A DNA stretch of 64,000 nucleotides from Pseudomonadota bacterium. Lineage in GTDB: Bacteria; Pseudomonadota; Gammaproteobacteria; Burkholderiales; Burkholderiaceae_C. The notes under the pieces are model-generated. The model searched no databases. It saw only the letters and a program-made list of their open reading frames with translations, and had not been told where the DNA came from. Both the position numbers and the translations under genes were made by a program. The first letter of the stretch is position 1; each line of letters opens with the position of its first letter. The stretch lies in assembly GCA_963204815.1 (NCBI GenBank), contig CAUJHQ010000068.1:21771-85770 (forward strand). The letters run 5' to 3'. Shown piece by piece: positions 1 to 8,904 of the stretch.

Positions 1-944
1 TCGACGAGGCCGGCGGCGAGCAGCGCGCCGTTCAGCGTGGCACCGGCCTCGACATGCAGTTCGTTGACGCCCCGCTCGGCCAGCCCGCCCAGCAGCACCG
101 GCAGGTCGACCTGGCCGTCGCGGCCTGCCAGCACGACGACCTCGGCGCCGCGCGCGACGAGCGCGGCGCGGGCGGTCTGGTCGGCCGACGCGGTGGCCAG
201 CAGCACGCGGCCCGGCGGCTCGAGCAGGCGCGCGGTGGCCGGCAGGCGCAGGCGCGAGTCGACGATGACGCGCAGCGGTTGCAGCATGCTGGGCACCAGG
301 CGCACGTCGAGCCGGGGGTCGTCCGCGAGCACGGTGCCGATGCCGCTCAGCACCGCGCTCGCGCGGCGCCGCCAGGCATGGCCGTCGGTGCGCGCGGCAG
401 CGCCGGTGATCCACTGGCTCTGGCCGTTGGCGAGCGCCGTCACGCCGTCGAGCGACGCTGCCGCCTTCAGCCGCACCCACGGGCGCCGGCGCAGCACGCG
501 CGAGAAGAAGCCGATGTTCACGTCCTGCGCGGCGCGCGCGAGGTCGTCGTCGGCGAGGTCGACGGCAATGCCGGCGGCACGCAGCCGCGCGATGCCGGCG
601 CCGGCGACCTTCGGGAACGGGTCGGTGGCGGCGACGACGACGCGGGCGACGCGGGCGTCGACGAGCGCGTCGCAGCAGGGCGGCGTGCGGCCGTGGTGGG
701 CGCAGGGCTCGAGCGTCACCCAGACGGTGGCGCCCTCGACCGCATGGCCTTGGCGCGCGGCATCGCGCAGCGCCATCACCTCGGCATGGGGCCCGCCGGC
801 CTGCTGCGTGGCGCCGCGGCCGATGACGCGGCCGTCGGCGCTGGCGATGACGCAGCCGACGCGTGGGTTCGGCTCGGTGACGCCGAAGGCCGACTCGGCG
901 AGGGCGAGCGCCTCGCCGAGTCGCTCGCGGTCCAGCGGCGTCAT
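1..944 (-). CDS. ribD: Riboflavin biosynthesis deaminase/reductase RibD (3' end outside window)
   Basis: Manual translation from ATG at 944: MTPLDRERLGEALALAESAFGVTEPNPRVGCVI...GPHAEV...LEPCAHHGRTPPC; ATGA overlap with the upstream pilV stop. Not in the supplied ORF track. Confidence 0.95.
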   Translation of the reverse strand, partial: MTPLDRERLGEALALAESAFGVTEPNPRVGCVIASADGRVIGRGATQQAGGPHAEVMALRDAARQGHAVEGATVWVTLEPCAHHGRTPPCCDALVDARVARVVVAATDPFPKVAGAGIARLRAAGIAVDLADDDLARAAQDVNIGFFSRVLRRRPWVRLKAAASLDGVTALANGQSQWITGAAARTDGHAWRRRASAVLSGIGTVLADDPRLDVRLVPSMLQPLRVIVDSRLRLPATARLLEPPGRVLLATASADQTARAALVARGAEVVVLAGRDGQVDLPVLLGGLAERGVNELHVEAGATLNGALLAAGLV

Positions 945-2071
945 GAACGCGGCGGCTGGTGGTCCCAGGTGTTGGTGTTCAGCGCGTCGCTGGGACCGTC
1001 GTCCGGGCAGGCGTAGGGGTCGCTGTCGTTGCCGGCGCGGATGATGAGGTAGTTCTGGTTCGTCAGTGCGGTCGTGACCGCCGTGTAGGTGCGCGGGTGG
1101 TCGACGTTGCCACCGCTCGGCGTGTCGGTGTCCTGCGGCGTGTAGCGGCAGACGCGGAAGCGGTCCTCGTCGTCGTCTTCCACGCTGTTGGCGATGTCGA
1201 AGCCGCGCAGTTCAGGCGTGCCGCTCCAGCGCCGCGGCGAGCTGGTCGTCAACGGCATCGCGCAGTAGTAGGCGACGTAGTCGGTGCGGCGGTCGGTGAA
1301 GCAGTTGACGGTGCTGACCGCAGTCGGCAGCGTGGTGTTGACCCGCAACTGGAGCGGGAACGACGCGCCCGACGGCACCTCGGTGTTGAACGGCGGTGCG
1401 TAGTCGAAGCGCACGAAGCCGCTCAGCAGCAGCCCGTCGAAGACCTCGCAGGTCGTGAACGACGCGTCGCAGATCCTCGTGATGACGCCGGTGACGTTGT
1501 TGAACACCCAGCCGATGTCGCCGCTGCCGGGTGGCGTGAAGCGGCTGGTGCCGTCGCTCTGCGGCACCGCGTCGCGCGGGATCGCCGGGTTGCGCCCGTT
1601 GATCGGCGCGTTCGGCAGGCCGGCCGCCTGCACGCCGAGCGAACCGGCGAGTTCCGGTGCCACGCCGGCGATGCCGGTGTGCAGGTCGACCGCCTGGGCC
1701 TGGTTGTTGCGATCGGTCCAGGTGACGCGCACGGCGAGCGACCGCAGGGGCGGGTCGGTCATGGGCGTCGGCACGGTGGCCGTCCACTGATAGGTGGTGT
1801 TCGTCGTGTAGTCGGTGACGGTCACCGGTTCCACCACGCTGGCAATCGACGCGAACGAGCCCGTGTCGCCGGTCAGGGCCGTGTAGCCGCGCGCGCTCTC
1901 GATGCGTTCCTGCGCGATGCGCACGGCTTCCGACCGCTGCTTGGCGATGTCGGCGTTCATGCGCATCGAGGTCTGCATGCCGACCAGGCCGAGCATGCCG
2001 AACGCCATCACCGCGAGGGCGACGAGCGCCTCGACGAGCGACACCCCACGGACGAAACGGTGCGTGTTCAT
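941..2071 (-). CDS. pilV: PilV-like type IV minor pilin with long C-terminal domain
   Basis: Class III prepilin signal RG/VSLVEALVALAVMAFGMLGL; 376 aa. Confidence 0.8.
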   Translation of the reverse strand: MNTHRFVRGVSLVEALVALAVMAFGMLGLVGMQTSMRMNADIAKQRSEAVRIAQERIESARGYTALTGDTGSFASIASVVEPVTVTDYTTNTTYQWTATVPTPMTDPPLRSLAVRVTWTDRNNQAQAVDLHTGIAGVAPELAGSLGVQAAGLPNAPINGRNPAIPRDAVPQSDGTSRFTPPGSGDIGWVFNNVTGVITRICDASFTTCEVFDGLLLSGFVRFDYAPPFNTEVPSGASFPLQLRVNTTLPTAVSTVNCFTDRRTDYVAYYCAMPLTTSSPRRWSGTPELRGFDIANSVEDDDEDRFRVCRYTPQDTDTPSGGNVDHPRTYTAVTTALTNQNYLIIRAGNDSDPYACPDDGPSDALNTNTWDHQPPRS

Positions 2072-3402
2072 AGCGGCGTGTAGTCCTTCCAGGAGCCGGG
2101 CACGGCGACGAAGCTGCCGTAGCGCAGGCGCATCAGGCGCAGCAGCGTGGCGTCATAGACGTAGGTGCTGCTGCCGGAGCCTTCGAAGTCGTTCTCGGCG
2201 ATCGCGGCACCCTGGACCGTGCCGCCGCCGGCGGTGTTCCAGGTGGCGGCGCGGGCATAGACGGCGCCGTAGAGCGTGACGCCGGCCGTGGTGTGCGTGA
2301 GGCTGCCGTCGACGACGAGCATCGCCGGTTCGGTGGTGCTGCCGATGTCGCCCGTGCTGTCGATCGCGAGGTCGCCGTCGACCCACACCGGGCGCATCGG
2401 GCTGACCGCCAGCGCGTCGCGTACCTGGCTGGCGGTGCAAGGGCAGCCGGTCACGACCGACAGACTGGGCTGGTTGCGGTAGGTCGCCGGCGCGATGCCG
2501 AAGATGGTGCTGAACATGCGATCACCCAGCGTCGGCAGCAGCGTGCCGGCGGTGGTCAGGTTGGCGAGCCAGGTGTCGCCGATGACATAGGCGCTGTCGC
2601 GCGGCGTGCCAGGGGCGCTGTAGGCCTGCAGGTTCGCGGGGTTCGTCGGCGACAGCAGGGATCCGCCGACCTGCACCGCGACCGCGCCGGACCCGATGTC
2701 GGCATTGGTCATCTGCGGGCCGGTGCCGCTGACGTTGTAGTTGCCGCGCACGGTGAGCGCGGCCGACGGCGGCGTCTTCAGTGCGCTCTGCAGTGCCACC
2801 AGCGTCGAGACGACGGAGCGGCCCTCGGCGCTGTTCGCGTTGGCGATGTCCAGGCAGGTGGTGTCGAAGCGCGGGCAGGCGATGGCGTCGACGCGGATCA
2901 TGCCGGGCGGGATCGGTGGCGACAGCGTGGTGTCGCGGATGAAGCGCACCTGGAAGGCCGGGAACACGCCGGCGCCGGCCGGCAGCGTGGGCGACGGCGC
3001 GGCGTTGCTGGGGCAACTGCAGTTCCAGTCGGTGCCGGTGGACACGCAGGCGGCGTAGAGGACCGCGCCACCGCTGCGCGTGTTGGCGGTGATGAGGCCG
3101 CTGGTCGTGTCGATCGACAGGTAGCGGTCACGGAAGGTGTTGTTCGTCAGCAGCGTGCTCGGCGTGCAGTTGGCGTCGATGCGCGAGCCGTTGAGCATGG
3201 CCACCGCCCACTGCAGCCCGGCCTGCGCGGTCTCGAAGCTCTGCGTGGCGCGGTACTGGTTGGCCGAGGTGCGCTGTTCGAAGATCAGGTTGCGGTTGGT
3301 GTAGGCCGCGACGAGCGAGACGACGAAGAACAGCACCATGACGACGATCAGCGTCGCGACGCCGCGTTCGCGGCGCAGGGGGGCGGTGGGGCGCTGGCTC
3401 AT
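2068..3402 (-). CDS. pilX: PilX-like type IV minor pilin
   Basis: MSQRPTAPLRRERG/VATLIVVMVLFF, no Glu+5 as typical of PilX, then EQRTSANQYRATQSFETAQAG; ATGA-coupled start at 3402. Confidence 0.82.
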   Translation of the reverse strand: MSQRPTAPLRRERGVATLIVVMVLFFVVSLVAAYTNRNLIFEQRTSANQYRATQSFETAQAGLQWAVAMLNGSRIDANCTPSTLLTNNTFRDRYLSIDTTSGLITANTRSGGAVLYAACVSTGTDWNCSCPSNAAPSPTLPAGAGVFPAFQVRFIRDTTLSPPIPPGMIRVDAIACPRFDTTCLDIANANSAEGRSVVSTLVALQSALKTPPSAALTVRGNYNVSGTGPQMTNADIGSGAVAVQVGGSLLSPTNPANLQAYSAPGTPRDSAYVIGDTWLANLTTAGTLLPTLGDRMFSTIFGIAPATYRNQPSLSVVTGCPCTASQVRDALAVSPMRPVWVDGDLAIDSTGDIGSTTEPAMLVVDGSLTHTTAGVTLYGAVYARAATWNTAGGGTVQGAAIAENDFEGSGSSTYVYDATLLRLMRLRYGSFVAVPGSWKDYTPL

Positions 3403-4103
3403 AGCGGGCAGATGCGATCGGTGGCGCCGGTGTTGTTCGTGACCAGGTCGTTGGCCACGCGCACGCGGGTGCGCACGCTGCGCTGGATCTCGGCGTCGTT
3501 GGCGGCGCGTGCGCTGATGTCCACCGTGTACTCGCGCACCGTGATGGTCGGCCAGCAGGCCTGGCCGCCGCCCGGGCAGTCGTTCGGGCAGGGCAGCTGG
3601 GTCGCGGTGTTGGTCTCGGGCGTGAGGGTGAAGGCGGTCACCGTCATCACGTTGGCGTCGGTGAGGTCTTGCCAGGTGGTGCCGGTCAGGCTCTGCAGCT
3701 TGCCATTGGCGATGCGGAAGCCGTAGTTCTCGATCGCGCCCGTCACCTTGCGCTGGTAGTGGTAGACCACCTGCGTCGGCGAGGTGCTGGCGCTGAACTC
3801 GTTCGCGCTCGCCGCCAGCGCGGCGGCGATCGGCGTCGTGGCGGTCGCCTGGGAGTACCACACCGTGCGCAGTGCCGAGGTGTCGAGCATCGCGCCGGCG
3901 CGCCGCAACTCGCGCGTGACGACGTCGGCAGACACGCGCAGGTCCTGCTGCAGTTGAGTGTCGAGCAGCAGGCGCCGGTTGCTGGACAGTTGCGACGAGA
4001 CCACCATCGCGGCGGCGGCGACGACGAACAGGCCGACGGCGACGCCGACCATCACCTCGACGACCGACAGGCCGCGCTGGTGGCGGAGTCCGGAGTTCAG
4101 CAT
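3399..4103 (-). CDS. pilW: PilW-like type IV minor pilin
   Basis: HQRG/LSVVEVMVG prepilin motif and LQQDLR...RELRRAG; start ATG 4103. Confidence 0.82.
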   Translation of the reverse strand: MLNSGLRHQRGLSVVEVMVGVAVGLFVVAAAAMVVSSQLSSNRRLLLDTQLQQDLRVSADVVTRELRRAGAMLDTSALRTVWYSQATATTPIAAALAASANEFSASTSPTQVVYHYQRKVTGAIENYGFRIANGKLQSLTGTTWQDLTDANVMTVTAFTLTPETNTATQLPCPNDCPGGGQACWPTITVREYTVDISARAANDAEIQRSVRTRVRVANDLVTNNTGATDRICPL

Positions 4104-4708
4104 GCGTTGTACCCCCCCGAGACGACCGAGCCCGTGGGCAGGCAGACCGCGGGCCGACCCGACAGCGCGACCCGCGTGCGCAGCGTGCGGCCGCTGTCGA
4201 TGCGCGTGTCGACGACGAAGGCCGTCGGCACGGGCACCGGGATGTCCAGCGTCGGGATGAAGACGCTGCCGGTCACCGGGTCGAAGGCGAAATCGGTGGC
4301 CTGCACGCCGGTGTCGATGTTGAGCCGCACCGACAGGTCGGTCGGGATCTGCACCGTCTTCAGTTCGGTGGCGGTGCTGGCGCAGCGCGAGCCCGCCGGC
4401 TGCGTGCAGTCGCACTTCAGGCGCTGCGCCACGTTGACCGCGCTGGAGTCGGTGTACATCGTGTAGCAGGACATCGGCTGCGAGTTCGACGGCAGCTTGA
4501 AGTAGACCCAGACGTTCTTGCCGCGCGACACCGCCTCGCTGCGCGCGTACTGCATGTCGGTGATGAGCGCGGAATTGATGCTCTTCAGGCGCTGCAGCAC
4601 GACGAAGTCGCGCAGCGACGGTGCGGCCAGGCTCAGCACGACGGCCATGAGGGCCACCGCGATCAGCAGTTCGACCAGGGTGAAAGCGCGTTGTCGTCTC
4701 ATCGTCAT
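4097..4708 (-). CDS. fimT: FimT/FimU (GspH family) minor pilin
   Basis: QRA/FTLVELLI...APSL...DMQYARSEA. Confidence 0.8.
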   Translation of the reverse strand: MTMRRQRAFTLVELLIAVALMAVVLSLAAPSLRDFVVLQRLKSINSALITDMQYARSEAVSRGKNVWVYFKLPSNSQPMSCYTMYTDSSAVNVAQRLKCDCTQPAGSRCASTATELKTVQIPTDLSVRLNIDTGVQATDFAFDPVTGSVFIPTLDIPVPVPTAFVVDTRIDSGRTLRTRVALSGRPAVCLPTGSVVSGGYNAC

Positions 4709-5157
4709 CGGGCCCAGCAGCGGTTGGGGTCGGTCCAGTCGATCGTGCTCGTGGCGCTGGCGCCGTAGCTCAGGTTGCCGGCGTTCATCTGCACGCCGAG
4801 CACCTTGCAGTTGCCGTCGTTCGCCTGCGATGTGCCGTTGCGCGCGCTGGCGGTGGCGGTGTAGCCGGTGGCGGTGGCGGCGGTGATGGCGATGGCGTAG
4901 TAGCCCGACGCGGTGGTGGCGTTGACGCGAAGCGCGCTGGTCAGCACATCGTTTGCCGCGTAGGCGGCGTTGCTGCTGCGGAAGCGCTCCTGCGCCTGCT
5001 GCAACGCGGCCAGCGCGGTGATGGCTTCGGCGCGGCGGCTCTTGCGCATCGAGTCGAGAAAGCTGGGCAGCGCCACCATCGACAGCACGCCGATGATGGC
5101 GACGGCGATCATCACTTCGATGAGCGTGAAACCGCGGGCGCTGGCGCGCTGGGCCAT
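4705..5157 (-). CDS. pilE: PilE-like type IV minor pilin
   Basis: ARG/FTLIEVMIAVAIIGVL...RKSRRAEA...QQAQER, C-terminal CW. Confidence 0.88.
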   Translation of the reverse strand: MAQRASARGFTLIEVMIAVAIIGVLSMVALPSFLDSMRKSRRAEAITALAALQQAQERFRSSNAAYAANDVLTSALRVNATTASGYYAIAITAATATGYTATASARNGTSQANDGNCKVLGVQMNAGNLSYGASATSTIDWTDPNRCWAR

Positions 5158-5196
5158 TCGAATTCCCCTCCCGGGATGCCTGGTCTGTTGCGGTCG

Positions 5197-5267
5197 ATTA
5201 TCCCGACCGACCACGCATCCGCCGTGGGCGGCGCGTACCGCTCGTCGGCGCGGCGCCGCCGTTTGTC
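5197..5267 (-). promoter_or_regulatory. Putative pilE promoter with tandem AlgR/LytTR-type boxes
   Basis: + strand ACCGCTCGTC (5237-5246) and GCCGTTTGTC (5258-5267), 21-bp period; minus-strand -10 GATAAT at 5197-5202. Confidence 0.55.
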
Positions 5268-5278
5268 GGCCGGGGGGT

Positions 5279-5818
5279 TCAGCAGGCCCGGTAGCCGGCG
5301 ACCGCCGCGCCCGGCGAGCAGGTGCGCACGCGGCCCATCACGTTGACCACCTGGTGCAGCGCGACACCGCTGCGGCCCTGGAAGCGCACCGTCGCGGTCG
5401 GCACGATGGTGCCGAACTGGCCGTCGAGCGAGATCGAAGCGACGTTGGCCGTCATGGTCACCGGGGTGCCGGCGCCCAGCCGCACGGTGCGCAGCGGCTC
5501 GGCGTCACCGGTGCAGACCGGCGCACCGCCGGCGCCGCACCGGCAGTCGGCGCCGCTGCCGGTGTGGACGACGTAGCAGGCGGCGGCGGCATCGAAGCTC
5601 AGGCGCAGCGCCCGGCCGCTGGCGACCGCTGCCGAGCGCGCGAACTGGAGGTCCGTCTCGAACTGCGCGGCGGCGCCTTCGAGGTGACGGCGTTCGCGGG
5701 CACTCTCGAAGCTGGGCACGGCGGCGGCGGCGACGACCGCCGCGATCGCCAGGCCGACGGCGCATTCGACCAGGGTGAGGCCGCGCTGGAAACGGCGGGT
5801 GCGGAGGGCGGTGTTCAT
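5279..5818 (-). CDS. Second FimT/GspH-family pseudopilin
   Basis: QRG/LTLVECAVG...DLQFARSAA...MGRVRTCSP; RBS AAGGA before ATG 5818. Confidence 0.82.
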   Translation of the reverse strand: MNTALRTRRFQRGLTLVECAVGLAIAAVVAAAAVPSFESARERRHLEGAAAQFETDLQFARSAAVASGRALRLSFDAAAACYVVHTGSGADCRCGAGGAPVCTGDAEPLRTVRLGAGTPVTMTANVASISLDGQFGTIVPTATVRFQGRSGVALHQVVNVMGRVRTCSPGAAVAGYRAC

Positions 5819-5942
5819 CGGGGCTTCCTTCGGTGACGGCATGGCCCTCACTGTAGGAAGCGCACCCGCTGCCGACGATCCCCGCGCGGCGGGTTCGCGG
5901 AGGGGCTCCGGCCGGGGGTCCCCCGGACGGGGGAGCCGGGCC

Positions 5943-6386
5943 TCAGATGTCGCGGATCAGCTGCCGGAATTCGTCGACGTCTTCGAAGCTGCGGTAGACC
6001 GACGCGAAGCGCACGTAGGCCACCTTGTCCATGCGCTTCAGCTCGCGCATGACGAGCTCACCGACGCGCGTGCTCGGCACCTCGCGCACGCCGCTGGCGA
6101 GCAGCTTGTCCTGGATGCGTTCGATCGCGGCGTCGACCTGCTCGACGCTGACCGGCCGCTTGCGCAGCGCCAGCAGCATCGAGGCGCGCATCTTGGCGGC
6201 GTCGAACTCGACCCGCGAGCCGTCCTTCTTGACCACCGCCGGCAGCGCGATCTCGACCCGCTCGTAGGTGGTGAAGCGCTTGTCGCAGTGCAGGCAGCGC
6301 CGGCGGCGCCGGATGACGCCGCCTTCGTCGGACTCGCGCGTTTCGACGACCTGGGTTTCGTCGTGCGAGCAGTACGGACAGCGCAT
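5943..6386 (-). CDS. nrdR: Transcriptional repressor NrdR
   Basis: MRCPYC...[17 protein letters not shown]-cone, AYVRFASVY. Confidence 0.97.
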   Translation of the reverse strand: MRCPYCSHDETQVVETRESDEGGVIRRRRRCLHCDKRFTTYERVEIALPAVVKKDGSRVEFDAAKMRASMLLALRKRPVSVEQVDAAIERIQDKLLASGVREVPSTRVGELVMRELKRMDKVAYVRFASVYRSFEDVDEFRQLIRDI

Positions 6387-6401
6387 CCGGCGGGCGGCGG
6401 C

Positions 6402-7652
6402 TCAGCGGTAGACCGGGAAGTCGCGGGTCAGCGCCGCCACCTTGGCGCGCACGGCGGCGATGTTCGCCGCGTCGCGCGGGTTGTCCAGCACGTCGGCGAT
6501 CAGGTGCGCGGTGGCGCGCGCCTGCTCTTCCTTGAAGCCGCGCGTCGTCATGGCCGGCGTGCCCAGGCGGATGCCGCTGGTGACCATCGGCTTCTGCGGG
6601 TCGTTCGGGATGCCGTTCTTGTTGCAGGTCATGTGGGCCTCGCCGAGGATCGCCTCGGCTTCCTTGCCCGTCAGGCCCTTCGGGCGCAGGTCGACCAGCA
6701 TCACGTGGCTCTCGGTGCCGCCGGAAACGATGCGCAGGCCGCGCGAGATGAGGGTCTCGGCCAGCAACTTGGCGTTCTTCACCACCTGCTGCTGGTAGAC
6801 CTTGAACTCGGGCGACAGCGCCTCCTTGAAGGCCACCGCCTTGCCGGCGATCACGTGCATCAGCGGTCCGCCCTGCAGGCCGGGGAAGATGGCGCTGTTG
6901 ATCTTCTTGGCGATGTCTTCGTGGTTCGTCACGATGATGCCGCCGCGCGGACCGCGCAGGCTCTTGTGCGTCGTGCTGGTCACGACGTCGGCGTGCGGCA
7001 CCGGGTTCGGGTAGGCCCCGGCGGCGATGAGGCCGGCGTAGTGCGCCATGTCGACCATGAAGTAGGCGCCGACGGCCTTGGCCACCTTGGCGAAGCGCTC
7101 GAAGTCGATGCGCAGGCTGTAGGCCGAGGCGCCGGCGATGATGAGCTTGGGCTTGTGCTCGTGCGCCAGGCGCTCCATCGCGTCGTAGTCGATGGCCTCC
7201 CGGGCGTCGAGGCCGTAGCTGACCACCTTGAACCACTTGCCGCTCATGTTGAGCGGCATGCCGTGCGTGAGGTGGCCGCCTTCGGCCAGGCTCATGCCCA
7301 TGATCGTGTCGCCCGGCTGCAGCAGGGCGAAGAAGGCGGCCTGGTTGGCCTGCGAGCCGGAGTTGGCTTGCACGTTGGCGAAGCCGGCGCCGAAGAGCTG
7401 TTTCAGGCGTTCGATGGCGAGCGTCTCGACGACGTCGACGTTCTCGCAGCCGCCGTAGTAGCGCTTGCCGGGGTAGCCCTCGGCGTACTTGTTCGTGAGT
7501 TGCGAGCCCTGCGCGGCCATCACCGCCGGGCTGGTGTAGTTCTCCGACGCGATGAGCTCGATGTGCTCTTCCTGGCGGCGGTTCTCTGCCTGGACGGCGG
7601 CCCAGACCTCGGGGTCGACGTTGGCGATGGTGGATTGGGAACGGTCGAACAC
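6402..7652 (-). CDS. glyA: Serine hydroxymethyltransferase
   Basis: [39 protein letters not shown]; GTG start at 7652 after GAGGA. Confidence 0.98.
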   Translation of the reverse strand: MFDRSQSTIANVDPEVWAAVQAENRRQEEHIELIASENYTSPAVMAAQGSQLTNKYAEGYPGKRYYGGCENVDVVETLAIERLKQLFGAGFANVQANSGSQANQAAFFALLQPGDTIMGMSLAEGGHLTHGMPLNMSGKWFKVVSYGLDAREAIDYDAMERLAHEHKPKLIIAGASAYSLRIDFERFAKVAKAVGAYFMVDMAHYAGLIAAGAYPNPVPHADVVTSTTHKSLRGPRGGIIVTNHEDIAKKINSAIFPGLQGGPLMHVIAGKAVAFKEALSPEFKVYQQQVVKNAKLLAETLISRGLRIVSGGTESHVMLVDLRPKGLTGKEAEAILGEAHMTCNKNGIPNDPQKPMVTSGIRLGTPAMTTRGFKEEQARATAHLIADVLDNPRDAANIAAVRAKVAALTRDFPVYR

Positions 7653-7711
7653 GGCAGTCCTCTTCAGGGGTGAAGGGCCATCGAAGGCCACGCGCGGCGC
7701 GTGGTCGAGGG

Positions 7712-7812
7712 CTGCCCAGGCGAACGGCGGAAAGGCCGGCCGGCGGGCCGGTCTGCGCTTCCCGGTGGTCGGTCCACCTCGGGGCCGCAGCCCCTATCGC
7801 CAGTCGCGCAGG
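7712..7812 (-). promoter_or_regulatory. ZMP/ZTP riboswitch (pfl motif)
   Basis: Minus strand TGCGCGACTGGCG...GGTGG-ACCGA-CCACCGGGAAGCGCA...GCCGTTCGCCTGGGC upstream of glyA; -10 TACACT at 7818-7823. Confidence 0.9.
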
Positions 7813-7838
7813 GCTTCAGTGTATCGCCGGGGCGCGGA

Positions 7839-8684
7839 TCAGCGCAGCAGGGCCACCTGTTCGGCGGGCGCCGCAGTGTCGACGGCCGGTGCCGGCGGCG
7901 GCGTGCTGGACGCCGTGACCGGCACGCCCTGGCCGTCGGCCACGCGGCGCAGATAGCCCTGTTCGAGCATCACGCGGGCGGCGTAGCCGCCGTCGGTCTC
8001 GTGCAGTGCGGCGCCGACGTAGTACTTCAGGCCTTCCTGCAGGCTGCCGGCGCGCTGGATGCATTCCTTCAGCACCTGCACGCCGACGCGAAGGTTGCTG
8101 ATGGGGTCGAATGCCGCATGGGTGCCGCCGAAGGCCTCGTACTTGTCGTCATGGACGCGTGTCATCACCTGCATCAGGCCCTGGGCGCCGACCGGGCTCT
8201 GCGCGAAGGGGTTGAAGCTCGACTCGATGGCCATGATGGCCAGGATCAGCGTCGGGTCGAGGCCGGCGCGCTGGCCGATGGCCCACGCTTCCTGCACGAG
8301 GGCGCTGATCGGTTCCGGCGCCACCTTGTAGCGGCGCGAGATCCACTGCGCGACCGCGGCCTGCTGGCGCGTCAGGCCCTTCGGGTCGGTGGCCGTCGCG
8401 CGGGTGATCGCCTCGGGTTCCGCCACCGCGGCCAGCACGTTGCCGCTGGCGAGCTCGCGTTCCTCGTGGCGGGTTTGCAGCCACGCGTAGGCGTGGGCCT
8501 CGATCTCGTGGCGCAGGTCGGCGCGGCCGCCGGTGAAGACCAGCACCGCCACCACCGCCAGGCCCAGCACCGCCAGGGTGTTGTGCCCGACCTCGAGCAT
8601 GCCGTGGCCGACATCCCGGATCACCACCGCGAGCGATCGCCCGCAGGCTTGCTGCGCCTCACGCAGCACGTCCATGGCCTTCAT
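7839..8684 (-). CDS. Lytic transglycosylase (SLT domain), membrane anchored
   Basis: AIMAIESSFNP, GAQGLMQV motifs; N-terminal hydrophobic helix. Confidence 0.9.
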   Translation of the reverse strand: MKAMDVLREAQQACGRSLAVVIRDVGHGMLEVGHNTLAVLGLAVVAVLVFTGGRADLRHEIEAHAYAWLQTRHEERELASGNVLAAVAEPEAITRATATDPKGLTRQQAAVAQWISRRYKVAPEPISALVQEAWAIGQRAGLDPTLILAIMAIESSFNPFAQSPVGAQGLMQVMTRVHDDKYEAFGGTHAAFDPISNLRVGVQVLKECIQRAGSLQEGLKYYVGAALHETDGGYAARVMLEQGYLRRVADGQGVPVTASSTPPPAPAVDTAAPAEQVALLR

Positions 8685-8842
8685 CGCATTCCCTCTTCGA
8701 ACCTCGCCATGCCCGGGCCACCGTGGGTGCCTGGAGGGGCTGGCGATAATGAGCCCGCCGTGGCGGACCCCCTGAGAACTCCGGCTGCTTCCACCTCAAC
8801 GCGGCGGGCACGGGTTAACCCTGAAACATCAGGTTGAGGCGG

Positions 8843-8871
8843 ATTCTAGGAACCGCTTCATACACGGTCAA
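8843..8871 (-). promoter_or_regulatory. Sigma70 promoter of the SLT gene
   Basis: TTGACC (8866-8871), 17-bp spacer, TAGAAT (8843-8848) on minus strand. Confidence 0.7.
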
Positions 8872-8904
8872 GAATATGAAATTCACTCTTTATATCCCCC
8901 AAGT

